Position numbers and translations under genes: made by a program. From Trichodelitschia bisporula (taxonomy: Eukaryota): a stretch of 64,000 bases of DNA. The notes under the pieces are model-generated. The model did no database searches and was not told where the DNA came from. It worked only from the letters and a program-made list of their open reading frames with translations. Shown piece after piece: positions 51,098 through 63,475 of this stretch; position 1 is the stretch's first letter; each line of letters opens with the position of its first letter. The stretch is taken from assembly GCA_010356995.1 (NCBI GenBank), contig ML996702.1:124001-188000 (forward strand), given 5' to 3'.

Positions 51098-51815
51098 AGG
51101 ATTGGGCAGTTAGGTGTCAGAAGTCTGTGTGGGGTCCTACGCCGCCTACTCCCAGCCTCCCACCACCACCTTCACATCCACGCATCTCCGCCGACTCCAA
51201 CCAACCCCCTCCCGCAAGGATCCAGACTGTGTGAAGAACGCCCTTCATTCATGATCCTGCCGTCAGGCGCTGGAGTAAAGTTCGCTTCCTCCACTGCCTG
51301 GTGGTAGGATCGGGAAGTGTGGATGTTCTTTGAAGAGTCTGAATTGCGGGAGGGGGTGAAACGATTCGGATGTGGGACCTTCATGCGGACTTCTGATATT
51401 GGGATTGTGGATGGATTTGTTTGGCAATTGTGAGGCGTTGTGGGGCATTGGGTCGTCGGCGTTCATGACTTTCTTACTGGCGGTGGTTCTGTACACTCAT
51501 GTAATAGGCGGAGGCGGACAATGGGGGCTGTGGATGTCAACTTTGCACATAAGAAGCTCCGTCGGGCGTTGCGGAAGGGCATTTGGGGGGCGGCATAAGT
51601 GTGCGTTTGTAGCGATCTTGTAGATACGTCACATAGATATCTTGAAGCTCAGATCCGATTACTTGACGTCTCTATCTACCATGCGAGGGCATTCAGCGTC
51701 CAAAAGCTGAAGTACCGCCACAGTAAACCCATGCCCGACAGATCAGCGCTGTATCCCTTGAAGTGAACATGTACCACGCCTTTGAAGGCCATACATGCCC
51801 CGATTGAAGGGAAGC

Positions 51816-53086
51816 CTACTCCATATATTTAAGATAGGCCTTCCAGTTGAAACGGCCAGTCTCGATCTGCGCCTTGCCCGTCCTAAGTTCCAGCTCCGCC
51901 GCAATCTGTGCCGCCTGGCCGAGACGACACGTCGCAGCAAGGCTGCAGCGGGTATTCTCCGACTCGACGTGCGTCATGAGCGAGTAGTAAGTCTTAAACT
52001 CCTTGTGGCAGCGCGGACATTCGATCTTCTCAGTAGCGTGTTGGAACAGGCGGTGAGCTTCAAGCTTGACGGCCGTGTGCGCATACCAGTCGCACCGGTC
52101 ACAGTAGTAGCGATTCAACAGCTTGTTGTAGAACCGCTCGGGATCCGCCTCACGGTGGGATGGGAGCAAATTCTTGATCAGGTAGGTGTCGGGGGGGAAG
52201 CCCTTGGTGAGTTCGCCCATGAGCTCGTCTTCAGCAGGGGGCCAGTTATAAGGGTCGAAATCGACACGAATACGGCCCACTTGCTTAGGAGCAGGCGGCT
52301 TCTTGGGTTCAGGCGGCTTCGGAGTCTTGTGCAGCTGCAGTTTACCGGTTGCGGGAGAGTCGAGATCCTTGTTGCCAGTTGGAGCCGGATTAGATTCCTT
52401 CTTATGCGTGGGCAGGCTGGGCCACTCCTTCGCGTCCGACATGTCAACCTTTGTCACCGGGTCCATGAGGCCGCCCCCATTGAATTTCTTCAGACAGTCT
52501 GCTGAGAATTCTTTGTAGCCATTGCGGAGCGTGTCCTGAGCATGTTCGGCGCCGGCAACCAGAGCATTGAGGAGATCAACCCTACGCATCCACAGGGCGA
52601 AGCGAATGCCATGCACGCCGCGGCACTGGTCGTCTTCCAGGTGCTTGATGATAGCGGAGACACGGAGGAACGAGCTCTGGCAAGCCGGACAGAACAGCTT
52701 TTTCTCCTTTGGATGTACCTGCTAAAGTTAGACGACATCGGATGCGAAATGGAACTACGTGCCTTTCGAAGATGGCGCGTAATGCCGTCAGGAGTAGCGT
52801 TCTCCTCACCACAGTGCTGGCAAGTGTAAGGGTGGAAGGGACCTTTGCCATGGTTGTTCCCATTAGTTCTGGCAGCTCGGCCTTCCTTGTAGTCTTCTTC
52901 CGTGTTCTGGTGGACGTCCCGACCGCTGAGCGTCGCCTTGTGGGCGGAGAGAGCGTCCCAATCCGCGCAGTCCAAATCACAGATGTGGCAGAAGTCATGA
53001 GCGTCGTCAATCTGCTTATGGATTATGAGAGCTTCAGCACCGGGAAAGGTCTCCTGGCAGCCTCGGAAAGTGCAGTTGAAAGGCAT
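51816..53086 (-). CDS. C2H2 zinc-finger protein
   Basis: About six CxxC..H..H/C fingers; a GC-AG intron at 52719-52762 joins the two ORFs. Confidence 0.8.
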
Positions 53087-53827
53087 AGTGAAGTTGAAGG
53101 TAGAGACCCGTCCGACCAAGCGGACGGATGGTACGGGCTACAAAATGGAGAGCGCGAGGGGGGAGCCTGTGGCGTTATGAAGCGAGGTGGAGAGGGTGAA
53201 TTGGCAAGGAGATGGGGAAGTTGAAGGAGTAGTACTGCGTAAAGAGGTTCTGTCTGCGGCTGACAGATGTGGAAGGCCAACCGCGTGAAGGGAAGGTGCA
53301 TCCCGCAACGCTCACAAGATGCAGTAGCAACCTACATGGCTGCTGGTACATACTAGATACCACTAATAGGAGACGAGCTGGTGATGGTTGCAAATGGAGT
53401 GGCATGTCTTGATGGCATAGCTGAATCGATATGGAACACTCGTGATGCAAAACGAATCTGGCGGCGCAGTCAGTGAAATGCTCAAGCATTGAAACAGATA
53501 ACGCAAAGCTTTATATTCGCTTCATGTCACTTTTTGCTATGCATTCTAGCTTAAGAAACTCTTCTGCGTTGGTCGTTGCGACTTTTGGGCTCTTGATGAT
53601 GTCGCGAAGAATGAAGTCGCGAGATATGGTGGAGGGGTGACGCGGGCCAAGGCGGGCCGAGTTGCACGTCCGGAGCCTCCTCGCGCTTCCGTGCATCAAC
53701 CTCAGCTGTCGATCTGTACTCCGTATACACCTCACTACGGCATCGCCACTCCACGGCTTCACCTTACATTCATGGTGCCGCTGCTGACCTCAAGAATGAG
53801 CTCGGTAGCTCCTCCAGTTCCGTAGCC

Positions 53828-56257
53828 ATGGCCACCCCCCGAGGCCTCTGGCTGATCATCATCGTCCTCATCTTCTTCTACTTCCCCAACACCCCACAGC
53901 CTCCCGACGGCCAACGCGAATTCGACCGCACCCTCGACCTCGAGACCTCCGCTCTAGACCTGCTCAACCGCACTCGCTACGGCGACTTCAACCCCCGCGC
54001 CAATCACTGGCTGAATATCACCGGTTTGCGGCAGAGCGATGGCCTGGCATGGCACATGCTGGACGCGGTGCGCAAGAGGGCGGTTGAACAGATGAAGTAT
54101 GTGCTGGGTCCGGAAGGTACAAGGCGAGCACTCGGCGGCGTACGCGAAGGGTTCCCGGCCATGTATCACAACATCTCCGGTTACGTTCGAGGCTCCTGGG
54201 TGCGCTCAAAGGTTGGGGAGAGCCTGCAGCCCCCGCCACTCAACTTCAGTGCTCTTCCCGACCGCTTTGCAGGCAGCCACTTCCACCGCAACATCACCGG
54301 AGATGAGGGCGACGTGCACCTTGACTTTACCCTCGACCGCGGCTCGAAGCCGGACGAGACGACGCTAATGCACGGCTTGCGCGGAGATCTTACCATCTCG
54401 GACCAGACCTCGTATGGCAACGGGTGGGAGGTGAAGCTGTACGGCGGCTTCTTTGTGAATTCAGGCTCGATACTATTGACGACGACAAGCGAAAGATTCG
54501 CCGGCATCTTCTCACTACCCAACTTTGCCCTCTCGCAGACCATGTTCTCGGCTGCGAAGAGCAGTCTGAATAGCACACTGCGGGAGGCAGTGCACCAGCA
54601 GCGCACAGGCGCAATCAGGTTTAAGAACCCGTGGACCTCACTGCCCGATGGCGTGCAAGAGAGTGCCGGCGTCCCGCCGCACTGCGACATGATCGTGTAC
54701 CTTCAGCAACATCCGGTGCAGGCTCGGCTTCCCAACGGTGCCGGGTCTCCACTAGACGCGTCTCTCGTGGACCAGCTCGAGTATGAGCTGCGTTACCCGG
54801 AGGGACATCGTGTGCTGCCTCCTCCCAAGCTCGCCATATCCATGCTCATCTTTTCGCCCGACTGTGGCTTTGTCCTAGAGTCCAAAGGACCCCCCGATTT
54901 CGGCCGCCGCGAGGCATTACACCTCGTCGGGAGCAAGATAGAGCTATACTACGAAATGAGCCGACGCCACGTCTTCGCATTCGCCTGCATCCTGGCCGCC
55001 CAAGGCCTCCTCATGATGACGCAGATGAAGCACGCCTCGACACCCTCGACAAGAAGTCGTATCAGCATGTATACCATCGCGTTACTTTCGTTAGGCGACG
55101 GGTTCGTTGCCTTCGCGTTTCTCTTCTTCGGCATGATCTCCAACGAGCTGTTTCCGGTTCTCCTGACGGCCTCCTTTTTCGCCTTTCTGGCTGTCACTAT
55201 TTTCGATCTCCGCTTCCTGCTCGACATCTGGACCGTGCAGGTCCAAGAGCGTCAGCGGCTGGACCGACAACGCGCCGCGCAGTCAGCCGATTCGCGGCCA
55301 GCCGTGCAAATCCCAATCATCACCGCCGCCGGCGCCGACACCCTCCCCCTCCCAGTATCAATGTCCCAAGCCATCTCCTCCGGCGCAACCCCCGTCACCC
55401 TACCACCCGACCAAGATTCGCCATCAGATACAACACCAACCACCCCCCCAACCGACGCCGCCACAACCCGGCACGAACTAAGCTCCGTCTACGGCCGCTT
55501 CTACCTCCTCCTCCTAACCCTAATCTTCCTCTCCCTCAACGCCTCCTCCTGGTCCCCCCCGCTGCGCTCCTGCTACATCAACACCCTCTCCCTCGCCTAC
55601 CTCTCCATCTGGTGGCCCCAAATCGCGCGGAACACGCTGCGCAACTGCAGAAAATCTCTGGAATGGAAATTCGTCGCAGGCCAGAGCGTGCTGCGCTTCG
55701 CGCCTTTTGTGTATTTTTACGCGGTGGAGGGGAATGTGGCGTGGGCGAAGACGGATCGTCGCGCGTTGGTGGTTCTGGCTGCGTGGTTGTGGGTACAGGT
55801 TTGGGTTTTGCTGTTGCAAGAGGTTTTGGGGCCGAGGTGGCTTGTGCCGGCTGCGTGGGTGCCGCCGGCGTATGATTACCATCCGCTGTTGCGTGAGGAT
55901 GAGGAGGATTCGAGTATGCCGATTGGGTTTTCAGGGGGAGCCTCTGGGGGAGCTGTGGGCGGCGAGGCTTCAAGCGGAGCCGAGCACGCCGAACATGCCG
56001 AGCACGACAAGCACACCCGCACCTTCGACTGCGCGATCTGCATGCAAGACATCGAAGTCCCCGTCGTGCCGAAGGGCGGCGGCGGGGAAGGGGGTTCAAG
56101 TTCAGGGGTTAGTTCGGGGGTTGGCAGTTTTTTCCTGTCCCGTCGCGCGTACATGGTTACGCCGTGTAGGCATATATTTCATACGCAGTGCCTTGAGGCG
56201 GCGATGCGGTACCGCTTGCAGTGTCCGATTTGTCGGGAGAGGTTGCCGCCGCTTTGA
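53828..56257 (+). CDS. TUL1: Golgi transmembrane RING E3 ubiquitin ligase Tul1/Dsc1
   Basis: Luminal domain (FSPDCGF.LESKG), multiple TMs, WVPPAYDYHP, RING CAICM..TPCRHIFH..C..CPICR. Confidence 0.92.
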   Translation: MATPRGLWLIIIVLIFFYFPNTPQPPDGQREFDRTLDLETSALDLLNRTRYGDFNPRANHWLNITGLRQSDGLAWHMLDAVRKRAVEQMKYVLGPEGTRRALGGVREGFPAMYHNISGYVRGSWVRSKVGESLQPPPLNFSALPDRFAGSHFHRNITGDEGDVHLDFTLDRGSKPDETTLMHGLRGDLTISDQTSYGNGWEVKLYGGFFVNSGSILLTTTSERFAGIFSLPNFALSQTMFSAAKSSLNSTLREAVHQQRTGAIRFKNPWTSLPDGVQESAGVPPHCDMIVYLQQHPVQARLPNGAGSPLDASLVDQLEYELRYPEGHRVLPPPKLAISMLIFSPDCGFVLESKGPPDFGRREALHLVGSKIELYYEMSRRHVFAFACILAAQGLLMMTQMKHASTPSTRSRISMYTIALLSLGDGFVAFAFLFFGMISNELFPVLLTASFFAFLAVTIFDLRFLLDIWTVQVQERQRLDRQRAAQSADSRPAVQIPIITAAGADTLPLPVSMSQAISSGATPVTLPPDQDSPSDTTPTTPPTDAATTRHELSSVYGRFYLLLLTLIFLSLNASSWSPPLRSCYINTLSLAYLSIWWPQIARNTLRNCRKSLEWKFVAGQSVLRFAPFVYFYAVEGNVAWAKTDRRALVVLAAWLWVQVWVLLLQEVLGPRWLVPAAWVPPAYDYHPLLREDEEDSSMPIGFSGGASGGAVGGEASSGAEHAEHAEHDKHTRTFDCAICMQDIEVPVVPKGGGGEGGSSSGVSSGVGSFFLSRRAYMVTPCRHIFHTQCLEAAMRYRLQCPICRERLPPL

Positions 56258-57158
56258 GGGGGGGGCGGGTGTGGGGTTGGAGTTCAGGGTGATGGGGTGC
56301 ATTTCATGGTGGGCGGATGGCGTGGCATGGTTATTTAGATTTTTGGGTTCCACGGCTCGTGCCGAGTAGAGGATATACTATCTACCATACTACTACGTAA
56401 CATCATTCGCGTGACAACCCGACTCGGGCGCCCGGCGGCGCGCACTATGCACAAAGTGCGGTCACGTGTGTGCCGTTGCGCGACAGGTTCCCCTTCCCCG
56501 ACCTTCCCCACACTCAGCTTCACGGGAGCAGGCGAGTGCGGGCATGCTAGTCTATTTACTCGGCTGGCCGTTCGAGACTCTTCCTCGTCAACATCGACCT
56601 CAGACCAGTTGGTGAGAATTTCTGGCTTTTTCCCCAGTCATTCGTTGCCTCGCCACCAGCGCAAGGCGACGAATGACTAGGGATAAGGCCAGAAACCCTC
56701 ACCGAAAGCTCCGACGTCGAGATCGAGGAGGGAGCGCTCAAGGGCTCTGCGAAAGAGTTGTGGAATCCCTCCGCCTCCCTCGCACATGAGGATTCTGCTG
56801 ACTGTGTGGAGGAGAAGGGGCAGGACCAAGCGTGGAAAATGGCCAGTTGACTTGATACTAATGGATTTCAAGCTGTATTCGATGGAGGAGGCAGCTCAAC
56901 GAAGTACTACTCATAGCTTGGTGTTGCCGATGACGTTGCTTTCTGTGAGGTCCGTGTACGCCTAGGGGCGCTACGGCTCTTTCGCATGCCTCTTGACCTT
57001 CGTCGCCTTGGGCTGGTGCCTAGGGCAGTCAAGGAGCGAGATGTCTGAGAGAGGCTCGGCGCTCCTCGGACCTTGCCATTGAGGAGGTCAGCACTGGGCA
57101 CAAACCTGAGGCGACGGAGAGCATGAAGATGAATGTACATGTGGTCTGGATGGTGCGT

Positions 57159-57656
57159 TCAGGCTTCGTCGGCGAAGGAGAGGAGGCCTGGTTTGGCTTT
57201 GGCTTTCTTCTTCGGTTTTGTTGCGGGTTTCTTGGTGGGTTTAGCAGGCGGAGCGACGGGCTCGGACTCGGACTCGTTGTCGCTGCCCACGATTCGCGCC
57301 GCCTTGCGCTTCTTCGCCTGCCCACCCACTTCCATTATGCGTTCCTTCGCCCGTGGTTGTGTGTCCGGCGGCGCGGGTTTCCCGGCTGCATCCGCTGTGG
57401 TCTCCTTCTCCTCGTCACCCTTGATAAGTGCCTCGTACTCCGCTTTTGACAGTGTATCATTCGTGTCCTCGAGCACATAGGTCGGTGCGTCGTCATCGTC
57501 GTCTTTTTGGTTGCGGAGGCGCTGCGGGCGAGCTACCGGGTTGGCGTGCCGGTCTGGATCTGATGTCTGACCTGCTATTTCGCCGCGGAGGCGGCGGAGG
57601 AAGGGCGGAAGTGTGGAGTCGTAGGTGAGGTCTTTGCCTTTGATATTGGTGCTCAT
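57159..57656 (-). CDS. DUF4604-like conserved charged protein
   Basis: KDLTYD..LPPFLRRLR..DDAPTYV..LSKAEY..KKK..LSF. Confidence 0.75.
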   Translation of the reverse strand: MSTNIKGKDLTYDSTLPPFLRRLRGEIAGQTSDPDRHANPVARPQRLRNQKDDDDDAPTYVLEDTNDTLSKAEYEALIKGDEEKETTADAAGKPAPPDTQPRAKERIMEVGGQAKKRKAARIVGSDNESESEPVAPPAKPTKKPATKPKKKAKAKPGLLSFADEA

Positions 57657-58420
57657 TGTGCGGGGTGTTTAGCGACAGTCCGGAGCGGACAGTGGTCAGC
57701 TTCGAGGTTCACTCCAGGAAACGACAGTACCAGGAGCGTGGCAAACGAGTGTCGGCTAGAGACTGGGAGATGAGATGGGGAGGGTGAATGCGTTGAGAGT
57801 TTGGGGTTGATGGAGGAGGTGAGAGAGGTGAGGGCGGGGAAACGGGGGACGTCGCATCATCCCGCATGCCAAGCGGTGGTGAAGGGATCTTTCCGGCGGC
57901 TTTTGTCAGTCTTACGGGATGGCATAAGGACAAGCTGTGCCGGATCACGGATCGCGGATCATCGGCTGCTTGGTATTCCACTCGGGATATATAAGCAGCC
58001 TGATATGCGTCGGCGGATCAATTGAGCTTAAATAGGACGGTAAGGGTAGGGTGTGGAGTAGTATTCCCCTTCTTTCGCCATCACCGACGACTCGCCTCTT
58101 CACAAGGATCTTCCTCCCCCTCCGTCCTCGGCTTCTGCTCCTCGGCTCTGCTCTTCACCATACAGCGACGACTGTCCGCCATCTTCAACAGCCAAACTGA
58201 CTCCGGCCGTTACCTACTTTACCTCCTCGGGGTCCCGTCCGCACAACCTTGTTTCTACTCTGTGACAACTATCCTCAAATCTTCCCCGCACATCCTCACC
58301 TAAAGGACATGCACTTCGCTACTCCGCCTGTATATACCTAGCTCCCCATCGCTCATCCATCCTATATTCTTCCTCACCTCCTCACCTCACATCCTCACTT
58401 TTCCCCTTAACTTCGCCACA

Positions 58421-59556
58421 ATGTCCAATTCCTTCCCCGCCCACGCCTCCCCCACCTTCCCCTCATCCCACCCCTCCTCCAACGCCCCCACCACAAGCAT
58501 CCCCGCATACAACCTCACAACCCCCGCGCCACTACCCTCGATAATTTCCCCCGCCTTCACGCCTCCCCAAACACCAAGCAATGAGACTAATACCATCCCC
58601 CTCACCGAGCGCGATGCCCCTTCAATCCCGGTCGACTCCTCCCTCTCCGCCACCTCCTCCCCCGCTCTCCTCGCGGAGCTCCCAACCGTAGTCTGCGACG
58701 TCCGCGCCCGCATCCCAACCACAAGCGAGCAGGAGCTCTGGCTCCACGTGTACCGGACCAGCATCGATACAAAGGACCATCTCGCCATCGTATTCGGCAG
58801 CCACATCCGGTCCGCCAGCCTCTTCACCCCGCGCCCCGGCGAAACAGAATCCGACCGCATGATCCGCGGCGCATACCAAGGCCGCCTCTTCCCAGGACGG
58901 ACAACAAGCCGCGCAGACTCGGCGGCCGCGGAATCCACTCCCGACGGAACAGCTCCCGAAGCGCCCACGGAGCCCGAGACGGATGACGCCGACAAGCCGC
59001 CCCTCGTGCGCATCCACTCCGAGTGCTACACCGGCGAAACAATTGGGTCCAGCCGGTGCGACTGCGGCGAACAACTCGACGAAGCCCAGCGGCTGATGTG
59101 TCTCCCCATCAACCAGTCCTCCGGCGGCGTCATCGTGTACCTGCGGCAGGAAGGCCGTGGCATCGGGCTGAGCGAGAAACTCAAAGCCTACAATCTGCAG
59201 GACCTAGGTCTGGATACTTATGAGGCGAATTTGATGCTGCGGCACCCGGCGGATGCGCGGAGCTATGGTGTTGCGACGGCGATACTTATGGATTTGGGAT
59301 TGGGGGGAGAGCGGGGGATTAGGTTGTTGACGAATAATCCGGATAAGATTCGAGCGGTGGAGGGGCCGAGGCGGGAGGTGGTTGTTAAGGAACGGGTGGC
59401 GATGGTGCCGATTGCGTGGCAGACGGGGGGGAAGGAGGGGGTTAGGGGGAAGGAGTTGGATAAGTATCTTAGTACGAAGGTATGTGGTGTGCCATTGAGT
59501 TGCCAGACTGGGACTGACGGATGCAGATTGAAAAGTTCAAGCATTTGCTCGGGTAG
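58421..59556 (+). CDS. RIB1: GTP cyclohydrolase II
   Basis: [51 protein letters not shown]. Intron 59480-59526. Confidence 0.95.
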
Positions 59557-60000
59557 CGGCAGCACTGGAATGTTGAGTAAACGGAGATGGCTGGCGTGGG
59601 GATGTTGTGGGGAGGATTCTTCTGCATGGCTTGTTCGTTCAAGCCTGGTTTATGATGACGGCGCAGGGCGGCACGCTGATTCAATGGCTCTCATGCGCCA
59701 TTCAGCGCGAGTGCAGCAGCGGGCTTCAACTACGCCTGTCTCACAGCACCTACGCATGATGAATGTTGGGAGGCTGGATATACAGGGGCTCGGAACCGGG
59801 GAGTGCATTGTGAAAAGGGGAATACGGACAAAAAGAGACCGCCACTTCGTAGCGCCAAAATGTAGACTATGTACTATACGCATCGCAAGCACGCACGCAC
59901 GCACGCGCTGGCGCACCAGGCATCAAGCATTAATCGACTAGACTAAATGATTCCCTGTATGCTTGCCCCAACTCCATCCGCAAACTCCAACCACAAACCA

Positions 60001-61455
60001 TTAATCAGACCTTACCCTCGCCCGCCCCCAAACCTCATCCGCATCCTTCTTCCCCTTCGTCTCCGGCACAATCCAAGCCACAAAACACCAGAAAAACGCC
60101 GCCAACCCCGCGAAAATAAAGTACACTTTCCCCTTCCCCAGCCACGCATTAACCATGGGGAAGAACTGCGCAACCACGAACGTAGACACCCAACTCGCAC
60201 CTAACGCCCAGCCCTGCGTCGCGGCCACCGCTTCGGGACCCACGAGCTCAGCGCTGAGGATAAAGGGGATGGGCCCGAGACCCAGGGCAAAGGAGGCGAC
60301 GAATAGGAGCACGGCGACTGCGGAGAGGACTTGAATCGAGCGGGTGATACCGATGGCGAGCAGCAGACTCGAGACGCCCATGCCGGCAATGGAACTCAGC
60401 AGGCAGGTTTTCCGGCCGAGCTTGTCGACAAGGGGCGCGCATCCCGCAGTGACGGCGATGTTAAGCGCCGAGACAGAGAGGTTTAGCAGCGCGGAGTTGG
60501 ACTGCAGGAGGTCGGCTAGCAGCGCGACGCCGTACATGATGATGCTGTTTATGCCTGTGAATTGCTGCGCGACCATGACCATGATGATGGCGAAGACAGG
60601 CTTCTTTGTGTCTGGGTGGCGGAGGACCTCGAGCATGCCGATTATGCGGCGTGGCTTGGTGGAGCCGCTCGAGGCGTCCCCGAGGAGGGGCTCTTCTGCG
60701 TCGGCTGGGTCGTCCCCAGGCCCGGCGGCCCATGTGCTAAACTCCTCGTCGATGTCCGCCTTCGAGCCGCGGATTTTCTGCAGCACCGCTTTCGCGGTGC
60801 GCGGGCTGACGTGCTCGGCCGTCCACTTGGGGCTCTCAACGGAGAAGAGCAACCCCACAGCCTGGGCCACACCGACGACGCCGCCGACCGCGAGAATCAC
60901 GCGCCACATCTGGTCGTGGCTGAAGAAGTAGCCGAGCAGCTGGCTGAGGAAGATGCCGCAGTTGACCATGACCTGGGTTAGGCTGCCGAAGAAGCCTTTC
61001 TCGGCTGGTGGGGCGGTCTCCGAGATATAGATTGGGACTGTGACGACGGAGGAGCCGGCGCCGATGCCGGAGATGAAGCGGCCCAGGGCGAGGACGCCGA
61101 TGTTAGGTGCTAGGGCTTCGAAGACTGGGCCGATTATGAAGAAGATGGTTGTTAGGCGCATGGTCTTGAGGCGGCCGTGGCGGGCGGAGAGTGGGCCCGC
61201 TGCCAGGGCGCCGACAAGGCCGCCTGCGGTGAAGATGGAGCTGACGAGTCCGATTTGGGCGGGCGTCATGCGGATGCATTGTGGGAGTGAGGTTGGGACG
61301 GTGGTAGAGAGCGATTTCCGTTGACAGGTTATGACGTCCTGCGGGGCGTTGAGCTCGGCGATGTGGTAGCCGAAGAGGAGGGGGCCGAGGGTGGCGACGA
61401 AGAGGATGAAGAGGAAGTAGGACGTGAGGTCCTTGAACCATGATCGGGGATCCAT
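60001..61455 (-). CDS. MFS sugar-porter family transporter (Vps73/YBR241C-like)
   Basis: LFGYH..ELNAPQ, GRFISGIGAG, VPIYISE, VESPKW, QQFTGIN, VPETKG; about 12 TMs. Confidence 0.92.
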   Translation of the reverse strand: MDPRSWFKDLTSYFLFILFVATLGPLLFGYHIAELNAPQDVITCQRKSLSTTVPTSLPQCIRMTPAQIGLVSSIFTAGGLVGALAAGPLSARHGRLKTMRLTTIFFIIGPVFEALAPNIGVLALGRFISGIGAGSSVVTVPIYISETAPPAEKGFFGSLTQVMVNCGIFLSQLLGYFFSHDQMWRVILAVGGVVGVAQAVGLLFSVESPKWTAEHVSPRTAKAVLQKIRGSKADIDEEFSTWAAGPGDDPADAEEPLLGDASSGSTKPRRIIGMLEVLRHPDTKKPVFAIIMVMVAQQFTGINSIIMYGVALLADLLQSNSALLNLSVSALNIAVTAGCAPLVDKLGRKTCLLSSIAGMGVSSLLLAIGITRSIQVLSAVAVLLFVASFALGLGPIPFILSAELVGPEAVAATQGWALGASWVSTFVVAQFFPMVNAWLGKGKVYFIFAGLAAFFWCFVAWIVPETKGKKDADEVWGRARVRSD

Positions 61456-61952
61456 TGTGGTTCTGAAATGTCAGTGAGAGCTAGAGCTGAAGCCGGTGGG
61501 AGCCAGGGAGCTGGGGAGCGAGGGGGGAGCTGGATAGGCCAGACCTACGTTGAGGCAGCTACCGCCCGACTCCCACGGGCGTGTAGTGCAGAATGGGACT
61601 GTCGAAGCGTATTGACAGTAGCCTAATACAACGCAATGGCAAAGATGGAGCGAACGTTGGTGAATATGGTGTTGGTGGTTGGTTGATGCAACGCGTCATT
61701 CCGACGGAGTTTGGGGTGAAAGGGGATGTCAGCCTGGGGCAGCCGGGCAGCAATATCACCACGACGTCAGCTGACTTGTCACTCCTCGTGGGCTTCATCT
61801 CGTCGACCTCATCTCATCTCCTCATACCACGGCCAAATCCTCTTACTATCTCTTCCATCTTTCTACTACCCTGAGCTGGGAATCTAGCCAGCTCACCGCT
61901 CACTACGCATGCCCGTACGGTTGCCGGTTCTTTTGCTCTGAATCTCATATGA

Positions 61953-63338
61953 ATGTCGAATCCGCCCTCTGGTCCACCATCAGCCGCGTCTTCGCTGCTG
62001 GCCCTTGACGGTCCGTCGTCTCGTGCTTTTTCTAAAAGTTACCGGAACTAGTCGTTCTGACGTCTCAGACTCCGACGCAAGGATGGCCTCAATGTCATCC
62101 GTCCCGCGTCCGAAGCACATCACGGACCGGTACAAGATCATTGGTTTCATTAGTAGTGGAACCTATGGCCGAGTGTACAAGGCCAAGGGCAAAAATGGCC
62201 ACGTCGGCGAATTTGCGATCAAAAAGTGAGTTCCGATTTTCGTACTCTGCTCCATCTCACGTTCCTCCCCAGGTTTAAGCCCGACAAGGAGGGCGAGGTC
62301 GGCTACACCGGCATCTCGCAGTCGGCGATCCGTGAAATGGCCCTCTGCACAGAACTCTCGCACCCGAACGTGGTGCACACTGTCGAGATCATCCTCGAGA
62401 ACAAGTGCATTTACATCGTATTCGAGTACGCCGAGCACGACCTACTCCAGATCATTCACCACCATTCGCAGCCGAACCGGGCGGCCATCCCCGCGCGGAG
62501 CATCAAGTCCATCATGTACCAGCTGCTCCACGGCTTGCTGTATTTGCACCGGAACTGGGTCATGCACCGTGATCTGAAGCCGGCCAACATCATGGTCACC
62601 AGCAAGGGCGAAGTCAAAATTGGCGACTTGGGCCTTGCACGCCTCTTCCAACGCCCGCTGAACACGCTTTTCACGGGTGACAAGGTGGTCGTGACCATCT
62701 GGTATCGCGCGCCAGAGTTGCTCCTCGGTGCTCGCCACTACACGCCTGCTATCGACCTTTGGGCGGTGGGCTGCATATTCGCGGAGCTGCTCTCACTGCG
62801 ACCGATCTTCAAGGGTGAGGAGGCCAAGATGGATAACAAAAAGTCGGTCCCGTTCCAGCGCAACCAGATGCAGAAGATTGCCGAGATCCTAGGACTACCA
62901 ACCAAGGATCACTGGCCGCTGCTGAGCAGCATGCCTGAGTACGCACAGCTGGCGAACCTGTCGGCCGGCAACTCGCGCGTCGCCAGCCCCCAGACTCTGC
63001 ACAAGTGGTACTGGAACATTGTACACATGAATAAGTACCCGAGCGATCCTGCCAGCATGACGCCAGGCAAAGAGGGGTTGGCACTGCTCAAAGGACTGCT
63101 TGAGTACGATCCGCAGAAGCGCCTGACCGCGGAACAGGCACTGCAGCACCCCTACTTTACCGATGATGACAAGCCAGGCGAAAACTGCTTCGAGGGCAGC
63201 GGTATCGAGTATCCGCTACGCCGTGTGAGCCAGGAGGACAACGATATTCGCACCTCAAGTCTCCCAGGGACCAAGCGCAGCGGACTTCCGGACGATAGCT
63301 ATGGAGGCCGTCCTGCGAAACGCCTCAAGGAGGCTTAG
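61953..63338 (+). CDS. SSN3: Mediator kinase Cdk8/Srb10
   Basis: [57 protein letters not shown]. Introns 62011-62068 and 62226-62272. Start could alternatively be 62083. Confidence 0.95.
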
Positions 63339-63475
63339 GGGCTCTACTACTATGGCGTGGCGCAGTGATAGTGGCTTGCTCGCTGTTTCGGGCTTAGCTG
63401 CGGCGCGGCCCGCGGAGCAACCCGTCGACCGGCTGGACTACAAAGCGACGCGCGCGCCAACATCATCGGATCACC

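Noticed and set aside
56550..57050. Protein-like translations with scattered stops as a pseudogene
   Set aside because: The similar peptides on both strands are explained by the palindrome; no recognisable family.
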